From Squalus acanthias (lineage: Eukaryota), in the NCBI GenBank assembly GCA_030390025.1, contig CM059431.1, positions 106,208,001 through 106,272,000 of the forward strand: a stretch of DNA of 64,000 bases, given 5' to 3'. Position numbers and translations under genes: made by a program. The notes below the pieces were generated by a model, which worked only from the letters and a program-made list of their open reading frames with translations, ran no database searches and was not told the DNA's origin. Below, in pieces: positions 62,210-64,000 of this stretch; the stretch's first letter is position 1, and the number at the start of each line of letters is the position of its first letter.

Positions 62210-63694
62210 TGTAAGATTCTCAAAATTCACAGATCCCCCAAAACTCGAAGACAAACCCTAAGGAAAAAGACTTTGGACTCTTTTCTAACTATTTCAGGGT
62301 GGTGAAATGCATTGGGCCTAACCGAAGGACATTTTAGAGTAAAAACCAAGATTTGGTATTTTAAAAGACATGTCTGGACTTGTAAGGGAGAAAAGGATGT
62401 GAAGGAAGGTGGGTTAAACCTCTGCAAAAACAGTTTGGGTATTGGAGCTAATGGAAACTGTCTGGGGAACCGCATGACCTCGCTGGGAGTTTAAATCGGC
62501 CCCTATCAGACATTAACATCCTAACAATAAACCCGAGGAAAAACAGTCTCCACCCCAATTTACAGAGCCCATTAAAATATGCATAAAACAGATCACTTCG
62601 GCTTACTCTATAGAAATCCTAGGCCCAGTCAAAAAAAAAAACATGAGGACAATCAAACTACGATTAAGTGGCAAATCGACAGGATGGGGCCATCCCGGAA
62701 CCACTTCACACCTTAACAAACAAGTTACCATGAACGAGCCCGCCAAAATCTAACAAAGACCGGGGCCTGATTTGGCGCGCAGATAAGGGAGCTTCAATGG
62801 GTATAATTGAGGGCCCGTTCTCAACCTGAAAAAGAAGAGGAAGGAAGAAGAAGAAGACATCCACGGAGGCATTCTCTGCAACACAGTTCTAAAACCAACA
62901 CCGTTCTGCGTTCCGTGTCCAGCCAGGAGGTCGACAGCTCGAAGGCCAGACCATCCAACAAAGTAGGCCGACACGTGAAGAAACCAGAACGACCACCTCA
63001 GTGACCACCGGACACCTCGCGGCAACAAGGGCCTCACGAAACAACCAACCAAACACCAAGTATCAATATTTGGGCCACCGCAACCAAAGAAAACCAACTC
63101 GAAGAAAACCCGAAGACCCACAAAGTTTCCACTCTACAATCTACTCCTGACTTACCCCTGGGTAAGATTTTCCCTTAAAAAACTCTAAACCCTACTTCTA
63201 AGCCAAAGAAAAGTGGGTACTCACCTGATAAATCCAATACGCACCCTACCGCATCAGTGGACTCGCGAAGACTGACCAGATACGCAGTTGAAGTCCTCTA
63301 CCGCGTACGGGGTACGGCAGACACCAACTGACATATAGAGTGAACCCCAAAACCGCGAACTAACCTAACTGTCAAGGATTCTGGTGAGTATCATCCCTGG
63401 TCCTCTGGAGTCTAACCTAGCTAGTAAAGTGAGATTGGGAGGGGTGAAGTATTCTCCTAATGTTATTTCCCTCACTTGTACCGAAGTGTTCCCCACTTTT
63501 AGAGTGTTAAGAGTGTTTGTGTTGTGTTTTTACTTTCTTAAATAAAGATCAAAGTTCTTGCATCAAAACCAGTTGTCTGCTGCACTTTTTGTCACAACCC
63601 CCAAATAGTCCAAGGTCTAGAACCAAGGGAGTGGGAGCGATTTGAACCGCTCAGAAGTCAGAGGTGAAGCTGACACAAACCACCACCCCCTACA
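62210..63694 (+). mobile_element. Solo LTR, 1485 bp (Gypsy or endogenous retrovirus)
   Basis: TGTAAG...CCTACA termini; AAGG TSD at 62206-62209 and 63695-63698; AATAAA at 63541; no PBS or internal region. Confidence 0.75.
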
Positions 63695-64000
63695 AAGGTC
63701 AGGCAGGGGGCAGTGCAGGAGCGTGAGGGTTCCTGGGATTATGCACGCACCAAGGCCCCGCTAAAAAATAGCAGGGATCCAGGGCTCGGTTGAACAATCC
63801 AATCTCCAGGAATGGAGCAGAAGAAAGTGCAAGATCCCTGAGAAAGGGGAGGCCTTTGCGACCAAAAGTAGTTGGAGGTAGTGGAAGACTTTATTGGTAA
63901 CTTTTGTGATTTTCTTTTTTCCACATTGGTGTCACATTTTATGTCCAGTACATGTCCATCACACACCAAACATCCCACTTTGTTGTAGATGACTAACAAT

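Noticed and set aside
62380..62396. Alternative LTR start TGTAAGGG
   Set aside because: No matching TSD; only the 62210 start pairs with the AAGG after 63694.

Overview
Eukaryotic, repeat-dominated intergenic or intronic DNA. The repeat set points to a cartilaginous fish (shark-like genome): CR1 LINEs, L2 3' ends, a tRNA/Deu-domain SINE resembling dogfish SacSINE1, Penelope-like elements and GC-rich Harbinger-type MITEs. I could not recognise any host protein-coding exon. Every recognisable ORF is transposon-derived (CR1 ORF2 EN/RT, Penelope GIY-YIG, Harbinger Myb/SANT), and most ORFs in the track are spurious. The most notable items are: (1) about eight Penelope-borne minimal hammerhead-ribozyme motifs of two types, including a 224-bp fold-back insertion and an element carrying both types in tandem; (2) a 1485-bp solo LTR with a 4-bp TSD; (3) Harbinger relics, including an ancient intron-containing Myb/SANT gene that can be rebuilt by excising a MITE; (4) a young 2.7-kb CR1 with an open ORF and a duplicated 3' stem-loop; (5) an unexplained CCAAT/GC-box plus 39-bp array; (6) weak minus-strand exon candidates. 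I found no clearly new biological system. All calls were made by eye, and repeat boundaries are approximate unless a TSD is quoted.
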